From: an uncultured Fibrobacter sp.
GTDB taxonomy: Bacteria; Fibrobacterota; Fibrobacteria; Fibrobacterales; Fibrobacteraceae
Direction of reading: 5' to 3'
DNA length: 64,000 nucleotides
NCBI GenBank assembly: GCA_946414075.1
Contig: CAMKNA010000008.1
Coordinates: forward strand, 7,687 to 71,686
Part shown: in pieces, positions 63,694-64,000 of the stretch
Layout of the letters: each line of letters opens with the position of its first letter
How positions within the stretch are numbered: the stretch's first letter is position 1
The notes under the pieces: model-generated
The model's input: only the letters and a program-made list of their open reading frames with translations
The model's database searches: none
What the model was told of the DNA's origin: nothing
Made by a program: the position numbers and the translations under genes

Positions 63694-64000
63694 AAAACAA
63701 TTGCGGAAATGAACACCTGAGACCCTGTTTGGACGCTTGGGTTTAGTAACTGTTGATAAATTGTTGGATTTTGAATATGATAGGTCCAAAATTGCGAAAT
63801 TTTAATAAAAAACGGCATTTTGGTAAAATATCTGTTTTGTTAATAGCGATAATGTCGATTTATTTCTCCATGTGGGAGGCGGGCCCCAAAATTCCCCATT
63901 TTCGCAAAATTTCAAAGAAAAAAGCTTGCAAATATTTCCTGATTTACTAAATTTGTGGTCCAATTTTGGCGAGTACCGCTTCCTATGCTCTCCAGATTAA

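Overview
A gene-dense chromosomal window, very likely from a Fibrobacter-like (Fibrobacterota) cellulolytic anaerobe. The assignment rests on four Fib_succ_major/FISUMP proteins, GH5/GH9/GH45 glucanases, PorV/PorZ-like proteins and futalosine-pathway mqnA. It holds about 56 CDS and one tRNA-Val(CAC); no CRISPR array, transposase, integrase, reverse transcriptase or prophage was seen. Contents: an Opp-type (probably oligosaccharide) ABC importer, cellulases and esterases, three tandem collagen-linker FISUMP lipoproteins, and housekeeping and envelope genes. Most interesting observations: (1) a cytoplasmic protein fusing a PAKKA/histone-like tail to a glycogen-binding CBM48, a candidate glycogen-granule-to-nucleoid tether analogous to PhaF/PhaM; (2) a structured leader before aspartokinase resembling only the P2 arm of a lysine riboswitch; (3) two perfect TGTAAA-N6-TTTACA palindromes, upstream of the FISUMP array and the GH45 gene, plus a sensor-less AAA+/Fis regulator that might bind them; (4) at least 11 genes with a TAnnnT box 6-8 nt before the start codon and no Shine-Dalgarno, suggesting widespread leaderless mRNAs; (5) a likely pseudo-esterase; (6) a repeat insertion in the ABC permease; (7) a GlgM-like glycosyltransferase; (8) CGTC-type REP-like elements. 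All family assignments come from motif recognition by eye, not database searches.
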